Shown here: in pieces, positions 1-9,398 of the stretch | Position numbering within the stretch: the first letter of the stretch is position 1 | Layout of the letters: every line of letters begins with the position of its first letter | Assembly (NCBI RefSeq): GCF_006345805.1 | Contig: NW_021833166.1 | Span: 1-28,993, forward strand | Direction: 5' to 3' | Length of the DNA: 28,993 nt | Source: Octopus sinensis | Taxonomy: Eukaryota | Translations under genes and position numbers: made by a program | The notes under the pieces: model-generated | Seen by the model: the letters and a program-made list of their open reading frames with translations, nothing else | Databases searched by the model: none | Told to the model about the DNA's origin: nothing

Positions 1-52
1 GTTTCATGCCCCAGCATGGCCGCAGTCCAGTGACTGCTACAAGTGAAAGGTA
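1..52 (+). mobile_element. SINE-A 3' tail fragment
   Basis: ccagcatggccgcagtccagtgactgctacaagtgaaag matches the tail ccagcatggccgcagtcaaatgactgaaacaagtaaaag of the copies at 8575-8612 and 26826-26865. Confidence 0.75.
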
Positions 53-116
53 AAACATATGAAGTGAAGTGTACGTTGAGAAGTGCAACGTCCAGTAAAT
101 AATGAGATATGATATT

Positions 117-321
117 GGTGTGAGTGTGTGTGTGTGTCTGTGTGTGTGTATGTACATGAGTATGTAGATGTATGTATGTGTGTATATGTGTATACATGTA
201 TGTGTATGTTCGTATGTGCATTTGTGTATACGTGTGTATGTATATGTATGTATTCTGTGTTTATATGTGTATGTAAATATGTATGCATATGTATTTATGT
301 GTATGTTATGTGTATGTATGT

Positions 322-354
<33 letters not shown>

Positions 355-511
355 GAATGTTTGTGTGTGTATATGCGAATGTAAATGTATATGTATATGC
401 ATGTGTTTATGTCTGTGTATGTATGTGTATGCATGAGCGTGGATAGTGTAAATGTATATATATATGTATAAAATATATATAAATAGATATAACATAATAT
501 ACTATATATTA

Positions 512-544
<33 letters not shown>

Positions 545-572
545 TATAATATAATATATATATATATATATA

Positions 573-612
<40 letters not shown>

Positions 613-622
613 TATAATATAT

Positions 623-664
<42 letters not shown>

Positions 665-700
665 GTATTATGTATGTATTTAAGTGTTGTTACGTTATGT
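117..700. repeat. Compound (TG/TATG)n + (TA)n microsatellite
   Basis: Visible degenerate di- and tetranucleotide repeats. Confidence 0.95.
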
Positions 701-915
701 ATGTTGTGTATGTGCGCATTGTATATATGGATGGTGTGATGGAGCGGAGATGGCGCGGTCGACAGACAATTAACAAAATATGCGGAAGATGTTAAAAAAA
801 AAAAGAAATATGGCGGAAAACAGACGTGTTTGATGTGTTTGGTTGTGTTAATGTTAAAACATGAGAGATTGAGAAAAAAATGCCACGAGAGATGAAAGAG
901 ACAGAAAGAGGGAGA

Positions 916-1060
916 GAAAGAAAGAAAGAAAGAAAGAAGGAAAGAAAGAAAGACAGAAAGAAAGAAAGCAAGAAAGAAAGAAAGAAAGAAAGAAGGAAGA
1001 AAGAAAGAAAGAAAGAAAGAAAGCAAGAAAGAAAGAAAGAAAGAAAGAAAGCAAGAAAGC

Positions 1061-1096
<36 letters not shown>

Positions 1097-1113
1097 AGGG
1101 AAGAAAGAAAGAA
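916..1113. repeat. (GAAA)n microsatellite
   Basis: Near-pure gaaa repeats with gcaa/ggaa variants. Confidence 0.95.
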
Positions 1114-1286
1114 ACAAGCAAACAAACGGCGGTGCATCAGCATGGTCGCAGCTCTGAGCTGAAACTAAAAAAAAAAACAGAAAAACAAAGGAAAAAGAAA
1201 GAAAGAAGGAGGGATGAGAGAAAAGTGAGCGAGAGAGGGAGATCGTTTATGTATGTGTGTGTGTCTATATATGTATATACGTGTGT

Positions 1287-1690
1287 ATGTATGTGTATGC
1301 CCCTGTATATGCGTGTCTATGTTTGTGTGTGTGTGCGTATGTGTGTGTACGTGTGTGTATGTGTGTCTGAATGTCCGCATGTATGTGTGTATGTGAATGC
1401 CCCTGTATATGTGTGTCTATGTATGTATGTGTGCGTATGTGTGTGTACGTGTGTGTATGTGTGTCTGAATGTCCGCATGTATGTGTGTATGTGAATGTCC
1501 CTGTATATGCGTGTCTATGTATGTATGTGTGCGTATGTGTGTGTACGTGTGTGTATGTGTGTCTGAATGTCCGCATGTATGTGTGTATGTGAATGCCCCT
1601 GTATATGTGTGTCTATGTATGTGTGCGTGCGTATGTGTGTGTACGTGTGTGTATGTGTGTCTGAATGTCCGTATGTATGTGTGTATGTAT
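1287..1690. repeat. 98-bp higher-order tandem repeat (~4 units) built from TG/TATG microsatellite
   Basis: The marker ctgaatgtccg recurs at 1367, 1465, 1563 and 1661, an exact period of 98. Confidence 0.9.
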
Positions 1691-2423
1691 GTACGTGTGT
1701 TTGTGTGTATGTATGTATTAGTATGTGTATATGTTAGTATGCGTGTATGTATGTGTGTATGTGAGTTTGTATGCACGTATGCGTATGTGTGTTGTATGTG
1801 TAAGTATGTGTGTGTATGTTTCTGTGTGTGTTTGTGTGTGTGTGTGTGTGTGTATATATTAAGGCAGAGAGAAGAGAAAGACAGAAAGGAGAGAAAGACG
1901 AGGAATAGAATAGATTGAAACTGAGAGAGAAAGAGGAGAGGCAGAGAAAGGGAGAGAGACGGGGGGAGAGAGCGTGTGCGTGTGCGCGCCCCGCGTTTGT
2001 GTAAGAGAGAGAGAGAGAGAGGCAGAAAGAGACAGTGTAGTTTGACATTAAGACGACTAGTTGGGATGTGTGTGTGTGTGTGTGAGTCTGTGTGTGTGTG
2101 TGTGTGTGTGTGTGAGTCTCTGTGTGTGTGTGTGTGTGTGTGTGAGTCTGTGTGTGTGAGAGATAGAGAGAGAGAGAGAGAGAAAGATGAGATGATAGCT
2201 CTAATGTGCGTGAATGTTGTGACAAGAATTTTTAATGAATCTCTCTCTGTCTCTGTCTCTCTCTGTCTCTCCTCTACCCCTCTCTCTCTATCTCTCTATC
2301 TCTCTATCTCTCTATCTCTCTCGCTCTCTCTGGAGAATTACTTTACGATGAGAGGTCAGAGAAAGTCAAAGATGATAAGCTTCATAAACAAGACGAAGAC
2401 ACTGGAACATTGGGCGACTGGAC

Positions 2424-2494
2424 GACAGGGTGACAGGGTGTCAGGGTGACAGGGTGACAGGCGACAGGGTGTCAGGGTGTCACGGCGACAGGCC
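2424..2494 (+). repeat. 8-bp minisatellite (GACAGGGT/GTCAGGGT) x ~9
   Basis: Units start at 2424, 2432, 2440, 2448, 2456, 2463, 2471, 2479 and 2487. Confidence 0.9.
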
Positions 2495-2514
2495 GGCATG
2501 GCGACATACGTATA

Positions 2515-2683
2515 TCTTTTTTTACTTGGGGAACCGCCTTGAAGGGCTTTAGTGAAACAAATCGACTCCAAGACTATTTTCGTAAATCAAGGATTTGTTC
2601 CATGGGCTCGTTTGCCGGACCGTCAAGTTACAAGGACGTAAACACACCAACATCGGTTGGAGGACAAACACGGACAGAAACCA

Positions 2684-2720
<37 letters not shown>

Positions 2721-2735
2721 TACACACACACACAC
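2515..2735 (-). mobile_element. Degenerate SINE-A 3' half
   Basis: accgccttgaagggctttagtgaaacaaatcgac...ggacgtaaacacaccaacatcggttg...ggacaaacac resembles the minus-strand copies at 9541-9760 and 24665-24870. Confidence 0.6.
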
Positions 2736-3106
2736 ATGATATATGTATGTATGTATGTAGGTGTGGGCGTGGTGGTTATGTGACAAAAAGTTTGCTTCCC
2801 AACCACGCGGTTCTGGGTTAGTCCTATTGTCCTAGTGTGTGTGCCTCGGACAATAATCGTCTCCTGTATCCCTGGCCAGACCAAAGATTTTTGAGTTGAT
2901 TTGGTTGACGGGTAATTGAAAACAGTCCGTCCGTGAGACAGAACCCGAAACGGCGTATTTCATAAGCGAGCTTGTTAACCACATAGCCATGCCTAACACG
3001 GCAAAGAACAAAGGCAAAAATAAATAGCCTTTTAATGTATTTCTCGAGAAATTCAGCACAATCATGTCTTCCTCGATAACCAAATTTAGTTCAGTGTCAA
3101 TATATA

Positions 3107-3338
3107 TATTTCTTTACTACCCACAAGGGGCTAAACACAGAGGGGACAAACAAGGACAGACAAACGGATTAAGTCGATTACATCGACCCCAGTGCGTAAC
3201 TGGTACTTAATTTATCGACCCTGAAAGGATGACTGGCAAAGTCGACCTCGGCGGAATTTGAACCCAGAACGTAACGACAGACGAAATACGGCTACGCATT
3301 TCACCCGGCGTGCTAACGTTTCTGCCAGCTCACCGCCA
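3107..3338 (-). mobile_element. SINE-B, full length, with 16-bp target-site duplication
   Basis: tRNA-like head with A-box-like TGGCAGAAACG and B-box-like GGTTCAAATTCC. The TSD tcagtgtcaatatata is at 3091-3106 and 3339-3354. Confidence 0.92.
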
Positions 3339-4086
3339 TCAGTGTCAATATATACAGAGTCCTCCCCGCCCTCAAATTCGTCAAAGTCAATTTCATACAC
3401 ATTATTGTCAATCTGGGTTTTGTCCTCGTCAACATAAATTTCGTCAACTTGAATGCCGTCACGACCGGACGCAATGAATTCATTTTATTTTATCTTTTTC
3501 AACATGGTCACACACACACACACACACACACCACCACCACCACCACTGCCACCACTGCCACCATCAACATCACTATAGTTTTCAGTAACAAATCTCACTT
3601 CAGTCCAATTGTTTGTTTATATCTACTTTTTCTTGCTGTTGATGTATCTCTACTCTGAGAATACAAACGCTATCTGCCTCTCTCCCTCTCTCCGTCTCAA
3701 TATGATTCCCTCCCTTGTCCATCTCTCTCTATCTGCCTTTCTTTAACCTCACCACCAGGACATCACCCTCTGCTAAATATTGTATCCTAAACATATCTCT
3801 TTCTCTTTACTTTTCCCTCCCCAACCTACAGCACGTCATTAACACTTCTCTTTCCCACTTTCATTCCTTTCTCTTACCGTCTTTTTATCTCGCTCCCTTC
3901 AACTAACCACGTGATGCATTTGGCCTTATTGTATTAATATACTCCTCTCTTCTTTCGTCTATCGTCACATTCCTCCTCCTTCTCACCCCCCTCTCTCTCT
4001 CTCTTACTTTTAATCCACCTCTCACTCACTCCATCTCCACCTATCTGACTAACTAAAGCATAACGTGCGAACGAACAAGCCGATTA

Positions 4087-4164
<78 letters not shown>
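4087..4164. repeat. (TATC)n microsatellite
   Basis: Pure tetranucleotide repeat. Confidence 0.97.
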
Positions 4165-4165
<1 letters not shown>

Positions 4166-4167
4166 GT

Positions 4168-4237
4168 AACACCTGATATACAACATGTGATATATAACAC
4201 GTGATATATAACACGTGATATACAACACGTGATATAC
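4168..4237 (+). repeat. 14-bp minisatellite (AACACGTGATATAY) x5
   Basis: Units start at 4168, 4182, 4196, 4210 and 4224. Confidence 0.92.
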
Positions 4238-4346
4238 CAGACTACTGGATGTTGACATCTGTGATTTCCTTGTCACAGAATTGTAGGAGGGAAAGTAAAA
4301 GTTAAAAAGTCTCGACATCATGCATTAACCCTGAATTTTGGATAGG

Positions 4347-4558
4347 TTTTATTCTTTATTCTTTACCTTGTTTCAATCATTTGACTGCGGCACCACCTTG
4401 GAGAGTTTTAGGCGGACAAATCGACCTCGGAACTTATTTTGAAGTCTGAAACTTATTCTATCCGTCTCGTTTAGCCGAGTCGCTAAGTTACAGAGACGTA
4501 AACAAACCAACACGCCGGCACACCGGTTGTCAAGTAGTGTTGGGGGGGACAACTACAA

Positions 4559-4565
<7 letters not shown>
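4347..4565 (-). mobile_element. SINE-A 3' half (diverged)
   Basis: ttgtttcaatcatttgactgcggc...cgctaagttacagagacgtaaac...cggttgtcaag...gggggacaa, followed by a (CA)n tract. Confidence 0.8.
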
Positions 4566-4600
<35 letters not shown>

Positions 4601-4700
4601 ACACACACACACACCACACACATAGATACATACTCACTCACTGATCCACTCACAAATAATAACCGTGATAATAAAAGTAGTAGTAGTAGTAGTAGTAGTT

Positions 4701-5004
4701 GCTGTTTGTTCCTTCTCGAGCCACGCCTGGCTCATAAGGGCCGGTTTCCCGGTTTCCTTGGCGTATAGGTTCCCCACCTGGACGGGACACCGGTCCATCG
4801 CAGGTGAGCTGCAAGATACAGGAGGAAAGAGTGAGAGAAAGTTGTGGCGAAAGAGTCAGCAGAAGTTTTGCCATTACCTTCTGCCGGAGCCCCGTGGAGC
4901 TTAGGTGTTTCGCTCGTAAACACACACATCGCCCGGTCTGAGATTCGAACTCGCGATCACTCAACCGCGAGTCTGCTGCTCTAACCACTAGGCCATGTGC
5001 CTCC
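4701..5004 (-). mobile_element. SINE-C, full-length tRNA-derived SINE
   Basis: On minus: A box TGGCCTAGTGG and B box GAGTTCGAATCT. The central CCTGCGATGGACCGGTGTCCCGTCCAGG resembles the V-/Meta-type SINE domain (recalled, unverified). (TAG)n flanks both sides. Confidence 0.85.
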
Positions 5005-5058
<54 letters not shown>

Positions 5059-5155
5059 TATAGTGGTGGTGGTGGTGGTGGTGGTGGTGGTGGTGGTATT
5101 AGTAGTAGTAGTAGTAGTAGTGTTGGTGTTGGTGTTGGTGGTGGTGGTGGTGGTG

Positions 5156-5199
<44 letters not shown>
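5005..5199. repeat. (TAG)n/(TGG)n compound microsatellite
   Basis: Visible trinucleotide repeats. Confidence 0.95.
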
Positions 5200-5200
<1 letters not shown>

Positions 5201-5756
5201 AATAAAAAGATATTTGTTAGTTTGTTTTGACCGTCTTGAATTCTTTGAAGAACAACTTACACAAATCTTAAGAAGCAAAATGAAAATGAAAATAAAATAA
5301 ATAAATGAATAAATATAGGAATAAGAAATAAAAATAAGAATGTGAAAAGAAGCCTATAGATCTATAGATACGCGTGCATAACTCAACGATGTCCTCGAGG
5401 AAAGACATACTCTGCAAACCAATATAAAGGTTATATACGTGACCTTTTTTCCTGGAAACGCGTTGACAATACTAACCTTGATAGCGGACATGTCAAGTAC
5501 AGCAGATAGCAACGAAAAGCTTAACAAGCGAAAGAGACAGTGATATGTTTACGTTGCCCTAAAAGTACCCATTAAATAGCGTATGTGTGTGTGTGTGGAC
5601 GATAAGTTGCCCGAAAATTCGAGGGCGATGGCTGATCTTGACAGAGAACACGTTAAATGCAGAAGGTAGCTAAGAAATGCTTAAAGAAACGAAAGTGATA
5701 GTGAGATGCCCAATCCGTCCCAAAAACGCCGATTAAATAACGTATCTGGAGAAAAG

Positions 5757-5866
5757 GTAATGTGTGTGTTTATTGAGCGAAGCACCTAAAGCTCAACGAG
5801 GCCCCGACAGGGGGGGGGGCACCCCTGTTGTACTCTTTCGCCCAACTTTCTCTCTACTTTCTCTCA
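5757..5866 (+). mobile_element. SINE-C internal fragment
   Basis: tgtgtgtgtttattgagcgaagcacctaaagctc...actctttcgcccaactttctctc is similar to the reverse complement of 4830-4930. Confidence 0.65.
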
Positions 5867-5936
5867 GGTAGGATACATAGCACGATTTTGGTTATTGGGT
5901 AGCAAGTGTTATTTCCTTTTTTTTTTATCTATGCGC

Positions 5937-5986
5937 CCTTTTCAAGCCTAGCCAGGCTCATGGGCTCGGTTTCCCGGTTTCTATGG
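5937..5986 (-). mobile_element. SINE-C tail fragment, fused to a SINE-A head
   Basis: ccttttcaagcctagccaggctcatgggctcggtttcccggtttc is similar to 4711-4760. Confidence 0.65.
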
Positions 5987-6142
5987 TTGCTTACCAACCA
6001 CATGGTTCCGGGTTCAGTCCCACTGCGTCGCACCTTGGGAAAGTGTCTTCTACTATAGCCTCGGGCCGAACAAAGCCTTGTGAGTGGATTTGATAGACGG
6101 AAACTGAAAGAAGCCCGTCGTATATATGTATATATATACATA
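5987..6142 (+). mobile_element. SINE-A 5' half (left part of the copy split by the Helitron)
   Basis: ttgcttaccaaccacatggttccgggttcagtccc...caccttggg...gacggaaactgaaagaagcccgtcg, then the start of the internal TA tract. Confidence 0.9.
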
Positions 6143-6218
6143 CTAGCAGAATTGCCCGGCGTTGCTCGGGGCTGAATTGCTTGAAAGTACTGTTAATGAT
6201 TGCACTGAATGATGATGA

Positions 6219-6686
6219 TTATTCAGGCAAATATTGATATAAGTTTACGCTGGGAGATAAGGACTTAACGATCAAACGTGTGCCATTGCATTGTTTGAGA
6301 AAGTGTGGTGGTAGTCCGGGGTGCTCAAAGGAATTGAGTACCTCTATTGGATAGTTGATGACGTCCTCTGGGTCAGGAGTTGTATCGATAGACTTATGTA
6401 CATAGACTTCCCCAGGAATGAGTTTTAGCATTTCATCATTAATATGGTGAACAGTTTTATTCCTCGGGGCCAGAATAGCCCTTTGGCCAATCCAATCCAT
6501 ATTCTGATAATTAGCTTGTAGATCTGGGAACACTGCATCTCTGAGATCAGAAGGCGTCTTAACAAAGGTACAAATGGAATCGATGGCAATATTACCAGTT
6601 TCATCCCCTGGTATTTTGCCTTCGCCGTGCAAGGAGGGTGTGAGGAATGCTGCTGATGTGATATTACGTTGCATATGAGGACGCAT
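6219..6686 (-). pseudogene. Helitron PIF1-like helicase C-terminal fragment with an internal in-frame deletion
   Basis: Motifs RAILAPRN, YPIEVLNS, PGLPPH and CNGTRL are typical of the RepHel PIF1 domain. The usual segment between GLPPH and CNGTRL is missing. Confidence 0.92.
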
Positions 6687-6937
6687 ATTGGGGTGAAGTT
6701 TGAGAGTTACTTCCCTTTATTAAAAAAAATATGCATTAAAATGGAAACAAATGATGGTAAATTATTTGTAAAATCGTAGACTCATCGTAGACGCGCGCTA
6801 ATACCCAGAAGGGCTCGATATGAATCACAACTATAAGATACCCGCTTTTGGTTAAACTGCATCGCAAAATGTGGGAGTAGTTAGGAATCTAAATCGGAGT
6901 AGACAGACACACAACCTTTCTTTTATATATAAAGATT

Positions 6938-7450
6938 TTCGTCTTAAAAAACTTTGTATGGATTGAATGGTTACCTCTATGGAAATATATACACGCACGT
7001 ATTACATACATGTGTGCATAGATGAATATATAAATACATTTATATATCTATATACACATTGGGCGATCTTTCTGCTACTTAGAGATAACTTTAGATCTTA
7101 TTTTCGTCCTAAAAAACTTTGTGCGGAGTGAATGGTTACGTCTATGGAAATATATACACACATATTATACATACATCTGTGTATAGATGAATATAAATAC
7201 ATTTATATATCTATATACACTTTTGGGCGATCTTTCTGCTACTTGGATATACTTTAGATCTTATATTCGTCCTAAATAACTTTGTATGGAGTGAAAGGTT
7301 ACCTCTATGGAAATATATACACACATATTATACATACTCTGTTATAGATGAATATATAAATACATTTAAATATCTATATACACTTTTGGGCGATCTTTCT
7401 GCTACTTGGATATACTTTAGATCTTATATTCGTCCTAAAAACTTTGTATG
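6938..7450. repeat. 163-165-bp tandem repeat x ~3.1 inside the Helitron
   Basis: The marker ttcgtc recurs at 6938, 7103, 7266 and 7429. Confidence 0.93.
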
Positions 7451-8383
7451 AATTGAAAATAAATGAATTGAAATTTTTAAGAAAGGAATTTGTTTACATA
7501 CATGTGTGAAATGGCAAATGTTTGTGCAGTTGTCCGAAATGGAACCAGGGTAAATGTGTGGAACTGATGTATTATAATGAATAGTCCTTCTTGTTGTGAA
7601 TATTAATTTGATTAATATGAACTGAAAACCAGCGGTGTAGCATATAAGACCGTAATGGATCTTCTTCTAGCCACACAAACACGCACACACACACACACAC
7701 ACGTTAGCTTACAATTTTATTTATATATTTGCGTGTCTATGTGTGTAAAGAGGAAGTGGGAGTAATATGCAGAGTAAAGGCTTTGAAGGGAAAGAGTGAA
7801 ATGGTAGTTTTCTCGAATTTTTTCTGAAATGGGGGTGAAATTGAAAGAAATTTTGTATGCCATGACCGAATGGAAGTACTTTGAAAAATCATAGGTAAAC
7901 TCTAATTGAAGAAATTGTGTGAGGAGTAAATCGTTATGTATTTATTTGTTTCTGTTTGCTGTGTTTTTTTTTTGAGTAGTGGTTTAAGGTACACTTGCAA
8001 AGAGAAAGTACGAGAAATTATGGTGATAGCATGAGTGATCCGTTTTATATAAATACTTTCACTTTAATCGTTGCACACTTGCAAAGAGAAAGTAGGAGAA
8101 ATTAGGGTGATAGCATGAGTGAAGCAGATCGCTCCGTTTGTCTGTGTGTGTGTGTGTGTGCTGTAGCCCACACTAAGAAAAGCACTTCACTTACACACCA
8201 CAATGTGAGTTTTCTCCAAATTTTGCTTAATTGGGGGTGAAATTTGAAAAACCGTACCTGGCACAACCCGATGTATTCTACTCTTAAAAATGCTAGGTAA
8301 ATTGTAATTGAAGAAATCCTATATTGTAGATTTCTATAAGAGACAAAGGGAGGCAGATAAAATCTGCCTTTTATAATAAGAGA

Positions 8384-8626
8384 TATATATATGTATGTGT
8401 ATGCATATGTTTGTGTGTCTGTGTTTGTCCCCCCCCCAACATCGCTTGACAACCAATGAGGGTGTGCTTAGGTCCCCGTCACCTAGCGGTTCGGCAAAAG
8501 AGAACGATAGAATAAGTACTATGCTTACAAAGAATAAGTCCCGGGGTCGATTTACTCGACTAAAGGCGGTGCTCCAGCATGGCCGCAGTCAAATGACTGA
8601 AACAAGTAAAAGAGAGTAAAAGAATA
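8384..8626 (+). mobile_element. SINE-A 3' half (right part of the copy split by the Helitron)
   Basis: Resumes in the TA tract and continues tgtttgtccccc...ggcggtgctccagcatggccgcagtcaaatgactgaaacaagtaaaagagagtaaaag. Confidence 0.92.
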
Positions 8627-8671
8627 CAGTTACCGTACAAACTCCATTTTGTTTTGCTTATTGTTTTTATA

Positions 8672-9266
8672 TATTTCTTTATTGCCCACAAGGGGCTAAA
8701 CACAGAGGGGACAAAGAAGGACAGACAAAGGGATTAAGTCGATTACATCGACCCCAGTGCGAAATTGGTACTTTATTTATCGACCCCGAAAGAATGAAAG
8801 GCAAAGTCGACCTCGGCGGAATTTGAACTCAGAGCGTATAGACAGACGAAATACCTATTTCTTTATTACCCATAAGGGGCTAAACATAGGGGGGACAAAC
8901 ATGGACAGACAGGTATTAAGTCGATTATATCGACCCCAGTGCGTAACTGGTACTTAATTTATCGACCCCGAAAGGATGAAAGGCAAAGTCGACCTCGGCG
9001 GAATTTGAACTCAGAACGTATAGACAGACGAAATACCTATTTCTTTATTACCCATAAGGGGCTAAACATAGAGGGGACAAACATGGACAGACAGGTATTA
9101 AGTCGATTATATCGACCCCAGTGCGTAACTGGTACTTTATTTATCGACCCCGAAAGGATGAAAGGCAAAGTCGACCTCGGCGGAATTTGAACTCAGAACG
9201 TAACGGCAGCCGAAATACGGCTACGCATTTTGCCCGGCGCGCTAACGTTTCTGCCAGCTCGCTGCC
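8672..9266 (-). mobile_element. SINE-B head-to-tail trimer (one full length, two identically 5'-truncated)
   Basis: Unit tails (tatttcttt) are at 8672, 8856 and 9038. The tRNA-like head is only on the unit ending at ~9266. Confidence 0.93.
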
Positions 9267-9398
9267 TTCATCCAGAAAATTTTGAATTTTCTCAACCACA
9301 TTTCTCCCTTCCACATTTCTTGTCTCTCATTTCTTCTCTACCATCTTTGAACCTCTTCTGCCAGTGAAAACGTTAACCCTTAAGCAAACTGGAGTACA

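Larger units (their letters stand above)
6143..8383 (-). mobile_element. Composite non-autonomous Helitron (2241 bp)
   Basis: On minus, the 5' end is A|TCTCTTATTATAAAAG (8383). The 3' end is a GC hairpin (6155-6170) followed by CTAG|T (6143). It sits between A and T without a TSD, has a second internal 5' end at 6935, and carries a helicase remnant. Confidence 0.88.

Noticed and set aside
37-2225. Long low-complexity ORFs (YIYI, HTHT, CVCV, KERK, FLSF) here and at 11493-15602, 19387-19938 and 24195-24801
   Set aside because: They are translations of stop-free microsatellites with no domain content.
2952-2966. 15-bp exact match ggcgtatttcataag with 10163-10177
   Set aside because: One such match is plausible by chance in 29 kb, and the flanks do not align.
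5354-5367. Perfect palindrome ctatagatctatag, and near-palindrome cctgcaagaattctttgcagg at 16586-16606
   Set aside because: Both are isolated, with no associated element ends or TSDs.
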